From Archaeoglobus sp. UBA230 (GTDB lineage: Archaea; Halobacteriota; Archaeoglobi; Archaeoglobales; Archaeoglobaceae), in NCBI RefSeq assembly GCF_002507545.1, contig NZ_DAVR01000018.1, positions 2,367 through 66,366 on the forward strand: a stretch of 64,000 nt of DNA, given 5' to 3'. Positions 20,293 to 29,615 of the stretch are shown here, one piece after another. Made by a program: the position numbers and the translations under genes. The stretch's first letter is position 1, and every line of letters begins with the position of its first letter. The notes below the pieces were generated by a model. The model had not been told where the DNA came from and made no database searches. It saw nothing but the letters and a program-made list of their open reading frames with translations.

Positions 20293-21794
20293 ACTGCAAC
20301 CTCCAGACCACCAGCCATTAAATAGCCAACTCTCTCGTAATCTGCTTCCTTTCTCTCCATAATTCCTCTTATCTCTCCCTCGAATATCACTGCAATCCTA
20401 TCGCTTATCTGGAAAATTTCATCTAAATCTTCAGATATCAGAAGAACAGCGCAACCCTTGGCGGCACTTTCAACGAGTCTCCTTCTCACGTAGTCTATCC
20501 CGGCGACATCAAGTCCCCTTGTGGGTTGAGATGCTATTATTAATCTTGGACTTCTGGATAGTTCTCTTGCGAGGATCAAACGCTGAATGTTTCCACCAGA
20601 AAGTGTGCTTGCAGGAGAGTGGAGAGAAGGGGTTTTTACTGAGAATTCCTCTATCAGTTCCTTTGCCCTCTCCTCCATTTTTTCGTAATCCAGTACCAAA
20701 CCCTTTCTATACTTTTTGAAGTCCTTTAGCATCAGATTTTCGAGAACGGAGAGGGAAGGGGCTAAACCAACACCGATTCTATCTTCCGGGACATAAGCTA
20801 TTTCATTTCTCTTTTCCACTCCGAGTTTGGTTATATCCTTCCCGTCGAGCAGTATTTTTCCCCTTGCAGGAGTTCTGAGTCCTGCTATAGCCTCCTCAAG
20901 CTCCTTCTGACCATTGCCCGAAACCCCTGCGATTCCAAAAATTTCGCCCTCTCTAATGGAAAAACTCACACCCTTTACTGCAAAGCCACCTCTATCATCT
21001 TTAACCCATAAATCCTCAACTCTCAGCACTTCTCTACCAAACTCAACTTCTGGTTTGGCTACATCCATCACCACGTCCCTTCCCACCATCATTCTTGCAA
21101 GCTCACGTTCGCTCGTCTCAGCTGTGATGACCGTTCCCACGTTCTTTCCTTTTCTCAACACCGTTATTCTGTCCGTAACCTTCAAAGCCTCCTTGAGCTT
21201 GTGTGTGATGAATATAATCGTTAGACCGCTCTTCGTCATGGATTTGAGGGCATAAAAAAGGCTGTCAACTTCTTGAGGAGTGAGAACCGCAGTGGGCTCA
21301 TCCAGAATGAGAAGCTTGACATCCCTGAAAAGAGCTTTCAGAATCTCAACCCTCTGCTCCTCACCAACGCTAAGGTTCATTACAACCTCATACAGAGCTA
21401 TGTCAATCCCGTATTTCTCTGATAGCTTCTCAACCTTACTCTCTACCCATTTGTGGTTTATCAGTGGATCAGAGGGGGTTCGATAGCCAAGGATTACATT
21501 CTGGAGAACGTTCATTCTCGGCACGAGCATGAAATGCTGGTGAACCATACCTATACCTGCTGAAATCGCATCTCTGGGACTCTTGAATCTCACTTTTCTA
21601 CCCTCAAAGATTATCTCTCCCTCATCAGGCTGGTAGATTCCGTAAAGAACATTCATTAAAGTGGTTTTTCCAGCTCCGTTCTCACCCAGAAGTCCGTGTA
21701 TTTCTCCCTTTCTGACTTTGAGGTTAACGTGGTCGTTGGCAACAACATCTCCAAATCTCTTTACGATGTTTCTCATTTCAAGTATGGCTTCCAA
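20289..21794 (-). CDS. Nucleoside/sugar ABC transporter ATP-binding protein (two ABC domains)
   Basis: GENGAGKT, LSVGEEQRVEI, ILDEPTAVL, GVSGNGQ, LSGGNIQR, QPTRGLD. Confidence 0.95.
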   Translation of the reverse strand: MEAILEMRNIVKRFGDVVANDHVNLKVRKGEIHGLLGENGAGKTTLMNVLYGIYQPDEGEIIFEGRKVRFKSPRDAISAGIGMVHQHFMLVPRMNVLQNVILGYRTPSDPLINHKWVESKVEKLSEKYGIDIALYEVVMNLSVGEEQRVEILKALFRDVKLLILDEPTAVLTPQEVDSLFYALKSMTKSGLTIIFITHKLKEALKVTDRITVLRKGKNVGTVITAETSERELARMMVGRDVVMDVAKPEVEFGREVLRVEDLWVKDDRGGFAVKGVSFSIREGEIFGIAGVSGNGQKELEEAIAGLRTPARGKILLDGKDITKLGVEKRNEIAYVPEDRIGVGLAPSLSVLENLMLKDFKKYRKGLVLDYEKMEERAKELIEEFSVKTPSLHSPASTLSGGNIQRLILARELSRSPRLIIASQPTRGLDVAGIDYVRRRLVESAAKGCAVLLISEDLDEIFQISDRIAVIFEGEIRGIMERKEADYERVGYLMAGGLEVAV

Positions 21795-21873
21795 CCGCTA
21801 CCACCCCATGTCGAGAGGCTATGGTGAGCCTTACCTCTGAACTTTTAAAGTCTTTCAGTCATACACATATCTG

Positions 21874-22884
21874 GTGTGGTATATGCTCTCCGTTGATTGG
21901 TATTATGAAAGAATGAAGCTTGTAAAGACCTTTGCAAAGGAAATCGAGGTTGAAGAGGTTGCAGTGTGCATACCTCTCGAATACAAGAGCGCATGTCTCA
22001 TTTACGAACTTTCGAAATACACGAGCGTAATTCCAGTGCAGCTTGACAGGCACTCGACGAAAGAAGAAGCCGTAAAATGGCTTGAGGAGAGGGGTGTTAA
22101 TGTTCTCAGAAAGAGAGACGCTCTAAATGCTGAATACTTCCTCGACTGTGCAGCTGTACTTTCGAGAATCGCAGCAAAATATGGTAGGAAGGAGTTGAAG
22201 GTTGTAGAGTTGACTAAAACAGGTGAACATTATCTGAAGACTTTGAAGATCAAAATAAAAGCAGTGTCTCTTGATTCTTCCACTCTAAAGGGTGTCGGAG
22301 AGAATACTTACGGCACTGCCTTCGGGCTACTCGATGCCCTTTTGAGGCTGAACGTATTTTTACCTGGAAAGAAAGTCAAGATAATTGGATTTGGACGAGT
22401 TGGAAAGGGGTGTGCCCGATTGCTTAAGTCTCTGGGCTGTAAAGTGAGTGTATGGGATAAATCTGAACAGAGGGTCATTGAGGCTATATATGAGGGCTTT
22501 GAAGTCTCAGATGAACTTGATTCGGACATTATCGTAACGTGCACCGGAAGCGCGGGATGCATAGGGGCGAAGGAGATTGCCAGAATACAGGATGGCAGCA
22601 TACTAATCAATCTTGGAGCCGAGATGGAGATAGAACCTGCTGGAGAGATGGTTAAAGATTATGGCTGTGTGAAAAAGTATACTATTGGGCAGAAGAGCTA
22701 TTATCTTGTCTCTGATGGCTACGCCGCAAATCTCGCAGTGGGTAGCGGAACACCGATTGAGGTGATGGACAGAACATTTTCAGCGGCAATTCTGGCTTTA
22801 AACTACCTGAAGCGTGAAGATTTCGAGGGAGTCAGACCCCTTCCCAGTGGCATCGAAAGTTCAATTATTTTAGAAACAAAATAG
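21874..22884 (+). CDS. Divergent S-adenosylhomocysteine-hydrolase-like protein (NAD-binding, catalytic motifs altered)
   Basis: ENTYGT (cf. DNRYGT), GKKVKIIGFGRVGKG Rossmann motif, VTCTG, G.AANL..G.G.P.EVMD.TF. Shorter than canonical AhcY. Confidence 0.8.
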   Translation: MWYMLSVDWYYERMKLVKTFAKEIEVEEVAVCIPLEYKSACLIYELSKYTSVIPVQLDRHSTKEEAVKWLEERGVNVLRKRDALNAEYFLDCAAVLSRIAAKYGRKELKVVELTKTGEHYLKTLKIKIKAVSLDSSTLKGVGENTYGTAFGLLDALLRLNVFLPGKKVKIIGFGRVGKGCARLLKSLGCKVSVWDKSEQRVIEAIYEGFEVSDELDSDIIVTCTGSAGCIGAKEIARIQDGSILINLGAEMEIEPAGEMVKDYGCVKKYTIGQKSYYLVSDGYAANLAVGSGTPIEVMDRTFSAAILALNYLKREDFEGVRPLPSGIESSIILETK

Positions 22885-22933
22885 CAATTTTTTTAAAGAT
22901 TTTGTGTTAATAAGAATAAAAGAGGTGGTTTTG

Positions 22934-24346
22934 ATGATTGGTTCTCCAGAAGAGTATATTGAGCGACTTAGGGGATATAAAAGGGATATTTACGTGTTGG
23001 GGAAGAAGGTTGACAATTTTGTTGACCATCCGAATATCAGACCGACTGTTAACGCCTTTGCCTACACCTACGAACTGGCAAAAACAAGAGAGGAATTCTC
23101 TCCATACTCTGATCTTGTAGGAGAGAGGGTAAACAGGCTGAATTATGTAAACAAGAATCCTGAAGACCTTACTGCGAGATATGAGTATCAGAGAGAGCTC
23201 AGCAAGAGAATTGCAACCTGCAATTATCGCTGCACGGGTTGTGATGCCATAAATGCCATTTATCCGGCAACAAAGGCTCTGGACGAGAGAGAAGGAACAG
23301 ATTACCATCAGAGATTTTTGAAATTGCTTAAAGAGATTCAGAAGAAGGACTACTCCTGCACGGCTGCACTGACAGATGTTAAGGGTGACAGAAGTAAAAG
23401 GCCGGCAGATCAGAGAGATATGTTTATCCATGTTGTCGAAAAGAGAGAGGATGGAATAGTCGTCAGTGGGGCTAAAATTTCTCAGAGTGGAGCTTTTGCT
23501 GCCGATGTCAACTTTGTCCTACCCACACAGACATTTAAGCAGGGTGAGGAAGAGTTTGCAATTGTCTTCGCAGTTACACCTGAGGATGAGGGTGTGAGAT
23601 ATGTGATTCAGAATACCGGTGTTCAGGCGAAGCAGAGAGAAGGTGGGGAATTTGAGCCGGGAAATGCAAAATATGGGGACAGAACAACATGCATGGTGGT
23701 TTTTGATAACGTCTTTGTACCGTGGGAGAGGGTGTTTGTTTTTGAGGACTTGAAGGCAACGAGAGATGTGCTTAACTACTTTGCAGCTTCACACAGGTGT
23801 GTTGGGGCTGCATGTAAGGCAGGTTTCATAGATTCTATGGCTGGAGCGGCAAGTCTGATGCTGAAGGCGAACGGGCTTGAGGGAGTGGCAGTTTTGCAGC
23901 AGAGAATTGCGGAGATGGTCGCAGTGAGTGAGGGAGCCTTTGGAATTGCTGTTGGAGCCGCAACTAAGGGTTATGAAGCCAAAGGTAGCTGGCAGCCAAA
24001 CCCACTCATGGCGAATGCTGGAAAGGTCATAGGTGTCGAGGGATTCACAAAGTCTCTCGTTAATCTGATAGATATCTCAGGTGGGATAATTGGTACCTCG
24101 CCCTCTGAATTTGATATGGAGGGGGAGCTTGGGGATAAGCTGTTAAATTATCTTAAAGCAAGCGAAAAATTCACCGCAGAGCAGAGAATGAAGATTGCGA
24201 AGTTTATTGAATTCTGGGCAACATCGTCACACTTTGTCGGAGCTATTCACGGAGGAGGGTCTCCCTCTGCTGCACTGATCACTCTAAGGTTTATGATGGA
24301 TGTTGAAGACAAGGAGAAGGCTGTTAAGGATTGCTTGGATATTTGA
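22934..24346 (+). CDS. 4-hydroxybutyryl-CoA dehydratase / HpaB-family flavoprotein
   Basis: CNYRC, ALTDVKGDRS, GIVVSGAK, VVFDNVFVPWERVF, HRCVGAAC, HGGGSP. GAGGTGG SD before 22934. Confidence 0.88.
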   Translation: MIGSPEEYIERLRGYKRDIYVLGKKVDNFVDHPNIRPTVNAFAYTYELAKTREEFSPYSDLVGERVNRLNYVNKNPEDLTARYEYQRELSKRIATCNYRCTGCDAINAIYPATKALDEREGTDYHQRFLKLLKEIQKKDYSCTAALTDVKGDRSKRPADQRDMFIHVVEKREDGIVVSGAKISQSGAFAADVNFVLPTQTFKQGEEEFAIVFAVTPEDEGVRYVIQNTGVQAKQREGGEFEPGNAKYGDRTTCMVVFDNVFVPWERVFVFEDLKATRDVLNYFAASHRCVGAACKAGFIDSMAGAASLMLKANGLEGVAVLQQRIAEMVAVSEGAFGIAVGAATKGYEAKGSWQPNPLMANAGKVIGVEGFTKSLVNLIDISGGIIGTSPSEFDMEGELGDKLLNYLKASEKFTAEQRMKIAKFIEFWATSSHFVGAIHGGGSPSAALITLRFMMDVEDKEKAVKDCLDI

Positions 24347-24355
24347 TTTTTTATT

Positions 24356-25366
24356 TTAAAGAGTGGGCTCCTCTCCAATCGCCATCCTGCAGAGTTCGCT
24401 AACCATTATTGGTATCAATCCCTTTGCCCTGACCTTTTCTGCCAGAGTTGTGTGACACATTGGGCAGTTGAAAACCACGTGCGTTGCTCCCGAATTCGCC
24501 ATATCATCGAGATTTTTCTTTTGAAGCTCCTCTGATTTCTCTGGCTCCTTTGAGAGGACAAAGGGAGCACCGCAGCATAATGCCCTTTCTCTGTCATACT
24601 CTCTATCCACCCTTTCGACCCCAATCAGTTCGAATATCTTGTCAAGAGTCTTATCCGTTTCAGGGATAAATCTGTTGGAACAGTTCCGCTGATATACCAC
24701 CTTAAGCCCAAGTGGTTTCACTTCCATGTCCTTAAGCCGATTGTAGAGATAATCGAAGAGATGTACGAATTTAAAGGGTACTTTGATCCCATATGCCTCA
24801 GCGAAGGATTTATAGAAGGCGTAGCACTCGTCGTGATAGAGCACGATTTCATCTGCACCGAGCTTTTGCAAGTTCTTTATGGTTCTCTCAGCTCTATCCT
24901 TTACCACTGAAATCATGCCGTAATGGAGATAGAGCATGTTGCAGAAGACATGCCTCCCCCTTATCACTTCAAAACCTTCGAACAGTCCTCCTCTAATCAG
25001 TTCTTTCACTTCAGGAAATAGGCAGATGTGGACGAACTTTCCTCCTACTTTTTTCGGGATAAATTCTCCCTCGACATCATACCTCTGCAGAAGGGCTCTT
25101 CTGTTTTCGTCATCTATTTTCTTAACACCCAAGCTTTCTTGGAGTTCAGCCATCCGGTAGAAGGGATGATTTCCGAATTCACAGTATTCTTCGCAACCGT
25201 AGCATGTGTAACATTCCTCAAGAACCTTACTATACTCTCCCAGAGCAATTTTCACTCTCTCTTCCCTTGCAGACTCAAAATCGTAGTTCAGGTTTATACA
25301 TTTTGTAAGACAGCTGTAGGTACTGCAATTTAGGCACAGATCAGGGTTAAATTTGAGTTCGCTCAT
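24356..25366 (-). CDS. Fe-S oxidoreductase with CCG domain(s) (HdrD/GlpC-like)
   Basis: N-terminal CLNC..CLTKC and CYTCYGCEEYC; C-terminal RNC...CCGAP...NCPMC. Confidence 0.8.
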   Translation of the reverse strand: MSELKFNPDLCLNCSTYSCLTKCINLNYDFESAREERVKIALGEYSKVLEECYTCYGCEEYCEFGNHPFYRMAELQESLGVKKIDDENRRALLQRYDVEGEFIPKKVGGKFVHICLFPEVKELIRGGLFEGFEVIRGRHVFCNMLYLHYGMISVVKDRAERTIKNLQKLGADEIVLYHDECYAFYKSFAEAYGIKVPFKFVHLFDYLYNRLKDMEVKPLGLKVVYQRNCSNRFIPETDKTLDKIFELIGVERVDREYDRERALCCGAPFVLSKEPEKSEELQKKNLDDMANSGATHVVFNCPMCHTTLAEKVRAKGLIPIMVSELCRMAIGEEPTL

Positions 25367-26238
25367 CTGACTACCCCTCTTTTAGCTGCGTCAAGCATGC
25401 CAGTGGCTGAGGTGTAGATGAAACTCAGGGCGACTGGCTTTTCACTCAGCATCTGAAAGAGCTTCTCCACGTCCTCATCCGTCTTTCTAAGCCTTTCAAC
25501 AAACTCTTCAACTCCTCCTGCTTCGCCCATTTCCTTTGCAATCTCCATCCACATCTCTATTTTTTCAAGAGACTTCAAGATTGGCCAGCTTCCCTCAACA
25601 ACGCCAAAGTGGGTGAAGGCTACGCACTCTACATCAAGCTTCATGAGCCTTCTCAGAGTTTTCACAGCAGATTCTGGATCGAAAGGTGGTGGAGTCAGCG
25701 GGAAGACGATATCTTCAAAGCACATTCCCACTGCATCCGCTGGAAATAGCACTTTGGAATCGAGGAGATAGTAAACGAGCATGTGGGGTGCGTGACCGGG
25801 GGCATGGAATACCTTGAGTGTATCCTCGCCCAAATCAAACTCCTGCCCATCCTCCACTGCAATAACCCTGCTCTCATCTACGCTCTCAGGTTTTCCGTAG
25901 ACTTCCGCCACCTCACCCAGAACTGTCTTTGAAGCCTGCCAGAGTTTCTCTGGATTAACCACATGCCTAACACCTTTCGGATGGACTATGATTTTGGCAT
26001 CAAGGGTTTTTGCAAGCTTAGCCGCCCCTCCCCCGTGATCAATGTGTATGTGCGTCGGGCATATATACTCGACATTCCAGTCTTTGTCAATCTCCTTGAG
26101 GATTATATCCGCTCCTTTAGCCGTTCCGGGGTCTATTATTGCTGCTATATCGTGTTTTACAGCATATGATGAGATAACTCCTGGCTCTATGTATTTGAGG
26201 GTGTCAATAAGATATATTTGCGGTAAAACCTCTTCCAT
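25363..26238 (-). CDS. Metallo-beta-lactamase-fold hydrolase
   Basis: THIHIDHGG, APGHAPH, DAVG, THFG. Confidence 0.9.
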   Translation of the reverse strand: MEEVLPQIYLIDTLKYIEPGVISSYAVKHDIAAIIDPGTAKGADIILKEIDKDWNVEYICPTHIHIDHGGGAAKLAKTLDAKIIVHPKGVRHVVNPEKLWQASKTVLGEVAEVYGKPESVDESRVIAVEDGQEFDLGEDTLKVFHAPGHAPHMLVYYLLDSKVLFPADAVGMCFEDIVFPLTPPPFDPESAVKTLRRLMKLDVECVAFTHFGVVEGSWPILKSLEKIEMWMEIAKEMGEAGGVEEFVERLRKTDEDVEKLFQMLSEKPVALSFIYTSATGMLDAAKRGVVR

Positions 26239-26336
26239 AAGCTGAGAGTAAATTAATAATTGAAAAAAGTTTCTAATCTCCTCGGAAGGTCCGGCACTTT
26301 CGACAGTTTTATTTTTCTCTAAGGCGGATTTGAGCT

Positions 26337-26942
26337 ATGCTCCATGTCCAGATAAAAACTAAGCTTCCAGAGGACTGCACACTCGGAACACTGAAAGAGC
26401 TCATGAAAGATGCTGTGATGAGGGTGGAGGGGCTGACTAAGGTTGACTCCAGCGTAAAGGGGCTGGTGAGGGTTAAAGCCCAGAAGGTGGATAGTATAAT
26501 TTCTAATCTTCCCTCCTACTGTGAAGGTGTAACTCTTTCCTCAAAGGAGGCGAAAGTGCTCATGAGGGAGCACACATGTCTTGTCTCAGTTCCAATACTC
26601 GAATCGGGATGCATAATTACGGGTGTTGAACTTGAAGAAAACAGCATCCTGTGGAGCATTACATGCGATGATGAGTCCTTTCTAACTTTACTTTCAAAAC
26701 TTGAAGATGCAAAGGTTGAGTTCGACATTTTATACAAGGGGAAGCCCGACGACAGGAGTGAGATTACCTATAGAGAAGAAGAAATTCTAAAAATAGCCCT
26801 TGAGATGGGATATTTTGACTTTCCAAAGAAAGTAAAGCTCGAAGAGCTTGCAGCGATTGTTGGAATAGCCCCTTCAACACTTTCCGAAATTCTCAGGAGG
26901 GGACAGAAAAAGATACTTGAAAGATATTTTAAAGAAAAATAA
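26337..26942 (+). CDS. Bacterio-opsin-activator-type (HTH_10) transcriptional regulator
   Basis: C-terminal T.REEEIL..ALEMGYFDFPKKVKLEELA..VGIAPSTLSEILRRGQKK. Confidence 0.88.
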   Translation: MLHVQIKTKLPEDCTLGTLKELMKDAVMRVEGLTKVDSSVKGLVRVKAQKVDSIISNLPSYCEGVTLSSKEAKVLMREHTCLVSVPILESGCIITGVELEENSILWSITCDDESFLTLLSKLEDAKVEFDILYKGKPDDRSEITYREEEILKIALEMGYFDFPKKVKLEELAAIVGIAPSTLSEILRRGQKKILERYFKEK

Positions 26943-26946
26943 TAAA

Positions 26947-28935
26947 TTATTTCTGCTCTCTCTCAGCCTGCTCTATAGTCTGCTCCACCAGCACGAGAGC
27001 TTCCGGATTCATCAGAGTTGATGTATCACCAATTCTCTCTCCCGTCAGCTTCGCTCTAACGAGTCTTCGCATTATCTTTCCGCTCCTCGTTTTCGGTAGG
27101 TCTGGGACGAAAAATATCTCATCTGGGCGCGCAATCTTTCCGATTTCCTTGGCAACGTGCTCTCTGAGCTCATTCTTCAGCTCTTCAGAAGGCTGATAGC
27201 CCCTTCTGAGGACGACAAAGGCCACTATCGCCTCTCCCTTCACCTCATGCGGCTTTCCAACCACTGCAGCTTCACTTACCGCAGGATGACTCACCAATGC
27301 AGACTCAACCTCACTGTTACCAATTCTATGACCAGCAACGTTGAGCACATCATCCAGTCTCCCCTGAATCCAGAAGTAGCCATCTTCATCTACCCTTGCA
27401 GCGTCCCCAGTTAAATATACATCCCTGAACTTCTCCCAGTAGGTCTTGAAGTATCTCTCCGGATTCTTCCACACACCTCTCAGCATTCCCGGCCATGGCT
27501 TCTTTATGACGAGGTAACCTCCGACGTTCCTGCCATAGAGCGAGTTACCGTCGTCGTCAAACACGTCAACATCAATCCCCGGGAAGGGCTTTGTGGCTGA
27601 ACCGGGTTTAAGCGGTGTAACTGGCAGAGGGGTTATAATGAAGTGTCCAGTCTCTGTCTGCCACCATGTGTCCATGATGGGGCAGCGCTCATTGCCAATG
27701 TTCTTATAGTACCAGTACCACGCCTCAGGATTTATCGGTTCTCCAACACTGCCCAACAAGCGTAAACTGCTTAAGTCATACTTCTTAACCCACTCCTCAC
27801 CGAGACGCATGAACATCCTTATAGCTGTTGGAGCTGTGTAAAAAACCGTCACTCCGTATCTCTCGATCATCTCCCACCATCTTCCTGCATCTGGAAAATC
27901 GGGGGCTCCACAGTATAGAACGGTTGTGGCTCCGAGAATGAGCGGTGCATAGACGATGTAGCTGTGTCCCGTAATCCAGCCTATGTCTGCTGTACACCAG
28001 TAAACGTCATCCTCTTTCAAGTCCATCACGAACTTGAGAGTGGCAGCAGTGCCAACTGCATAGCCACCATGGGCGTGAATAACACCCTTTGGCTTTCCTG
28101 TTGTGCCGGATGTATAGAGGATGAAGAGTGTGTCGTTGGCATCCATCACCTCCGTCTCACACTCCTTCGGTTGACCATTAACGACATCATCCCACCACAC
28201 ATCCCTGCCTTCCTGCATCGGCACGTTTAAGCCAATCCTCCTCACAACCACAACCTTCTCAACGCTTGACGCACCTTCCAGAGCCTTGTCGGCATCCTCC
28301 TTCAGGTGGACTATGCTCCCCCTTCTGTAAAAGCCATCAGCCGTAATCAGGAGCTTTGCCTCAGCATCGTTTATTCTATCCCTCAAAGCCATTGGGCTGA
28401 AGCCCGAAAAGACATCGGTATGAATAGCGCCTATCTTGGCGCAGGCAAGCATAGCTATCGGCAGTTCGGGCAACATCGGAAGGTAGATTGCAACTCTGTC
28501 CCCCTTCCTCACACCAAGCTCTTTCAGAGCGTTTGCAAACTTATTCACTTCTCTGTAAAGCTCTCCGTAGGTTATCTTTCTAACTTCCCCATTTTCGCCT
28601 TCCCAGATGTAGGCGATCTTGTTCTTTCTCAACTTCGCCTGCTTGTCAACCGCATCGTGCACGATATTGTATTTAGCCCCTACAAACCACTTCGCGTAGG
28701 GCGAGTCCCACTCCAGAACTTTCTTGGGCTCCTCAAACCACCCTATTCCGACTTCCTTTGCCATCTCACTCCAGAACCATTCTATGTCAGAGAGTGCCCT
28801 TTTCCTGAGTTCGTCCTCATCTTTTATGCCGTGTTTGTCCATAAACTGCTTTATGTTTGATTTTTCCACAAGCTCCTTAGGTGGGCGAAAAACTCTCTCC
28901 TCCCTGAGGAGGGACTCTAAGCCGGGCATGTTCAT
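26947..28935 (-). CDS. acs: AMP-forming acetyl-CoA synthetase
   Basis: [53 protein letters not shown]. Confidence 0.96.
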   Translation of the reverse strand: MNMPGLESLLREERVFRPPKELVEKSNIKQFMDKHGIKDEDELRKRALSDIEWFWSEMAKEVGIGWFEEPKKVLEWDSPYAKWFVGAKYNIVHDAVDKQAKLRKNKIAYIWEGENGEVRKITYGELYREVNKFANALKELGVRKGDRVAIYLPMLPELPIAMLACAKIGAIHTDVFSGFSPMALRDRINDAEAKLLITADGFYRRGSIVHLKEDADKALEGASSVEKVVVVRRIGLNVPMQEGRDVWWDDVVNGQPKECETEVMDANDTLFILYTSGTTGKPKGVIHAHGGYAVGTAATLKFVMDLKEDDVYWCTADIGWITGHSYIVYAPLILGATTVLYCGAPDFPDAGRWWEMIERYGVTVFYTAPTAIRMFMRLGEEWVKKYDLSSLRLLGSVGEPINPEAWYWYYKNIGNERCPIMDTWWQTETGHFIITPLPVTPLKPGSATKPFPGIDVDVFDDDGNSLYGRNVGGYLVIKKPWPGMLRGVWKNPERYFKTYWEKFRDVYLTGDAARVDEDGYFWIQGRLDDVLNVAGHRIGNSEVESALVSHPAVSEAAVVGKPHEVKGEAIVAFVVLRRGYQPSEELKNELREHVAKEIGKIARPDEIFFVPDLPKTRSGKIMRRLVRAKLTGERIGDTSTLMNPEALVLVEQTIEQAEREQK

Positions 28936-29035
28936 ATCACCGGCATCTAAATAGTTCTCATAGGCATATAATAATTTTTGAGTTTTTCAACATCTTCTAA
29001 AACCAAAATTTTTTATCTACTTTGACCTCAACTAT

Positions 29036-29254
29036 ATGCACATGAATCCGTTCAAAGTCTTCACAGGATTCGTTATCCTGATGCTTGGAGTTTCATTGCT
29101 TTTTCTAAGCTCGATCCAGACCAATACGGAGTATGGGGGAGTAATAATAATCGGCCCGTTCCCGATTGTGTTCGCATCAAACCCAGATATCGCGACCTTT
29201 GTGATCCTCATAGCGATTATCTTCGTTCTTTTACCTTTGCTGTGGAGGTGGTAG
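29036..29254 (+). CDS. DUF131/TIGR00304-like small membrane protein
   Basis: GGVIIIGPFPIVF motif between two TM helices. Confidence 0.8.
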   Translation: MHMNPFKVFTGFVILMLGVSLLFLSSIQTNTEYGGVIIIGPFPIVFASNPDIATFVILIAIIFVLLPLLWRW

Positions 29255-29255
29255 T

Positions 29256-29549
29256 TTGATCGCAATTCTCGCTGCCGTCATAATAATCCTTGGGCTCTAT
29301 CTTATCTTCACCGGACTGCGAGAGGAAATTGAAATTCGTGAGGCATTTAGAGAATATGAGGATTATGAGGCTGACAAGTTGGTTGAGGATCAAATCAAGA
29401 AGGAAAAAAGGGTAAAGGGTGGTGGGGTTATATTAATTGGTCCCATCCCTATCGTATTTGGTGACAGTAAATATGCAGTCATTTCGTTAATTCTTGCGAT
29501 TGTTCTCATGCTCCTTTCCATTGCTTTACTCCTTCTCATGCAGGTATAG
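29256..29549 (+). CDS. DUF131/TIGR00304-like small membrane protein, second tandem copy
   Basis: KGGGVILIGPIPIVFG motif; TTG start 1 nt after the upstream stop. Confidence 0.8.
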   Translation: MIAILAAVIIILGLYLIFTGLREEIEIREAFREYEDYEADKLVEDQIKKEKRVKGGGVILIGPIPIVFGDSKYAVISLILAIVLMLLSIALLLLMQV

Positions 29550-29615
29550 CGATATGCATGAATGAGCATATCATAAACTATTTATCCTTACAAATTGATT
29601 AGATTTGGTGATAGT

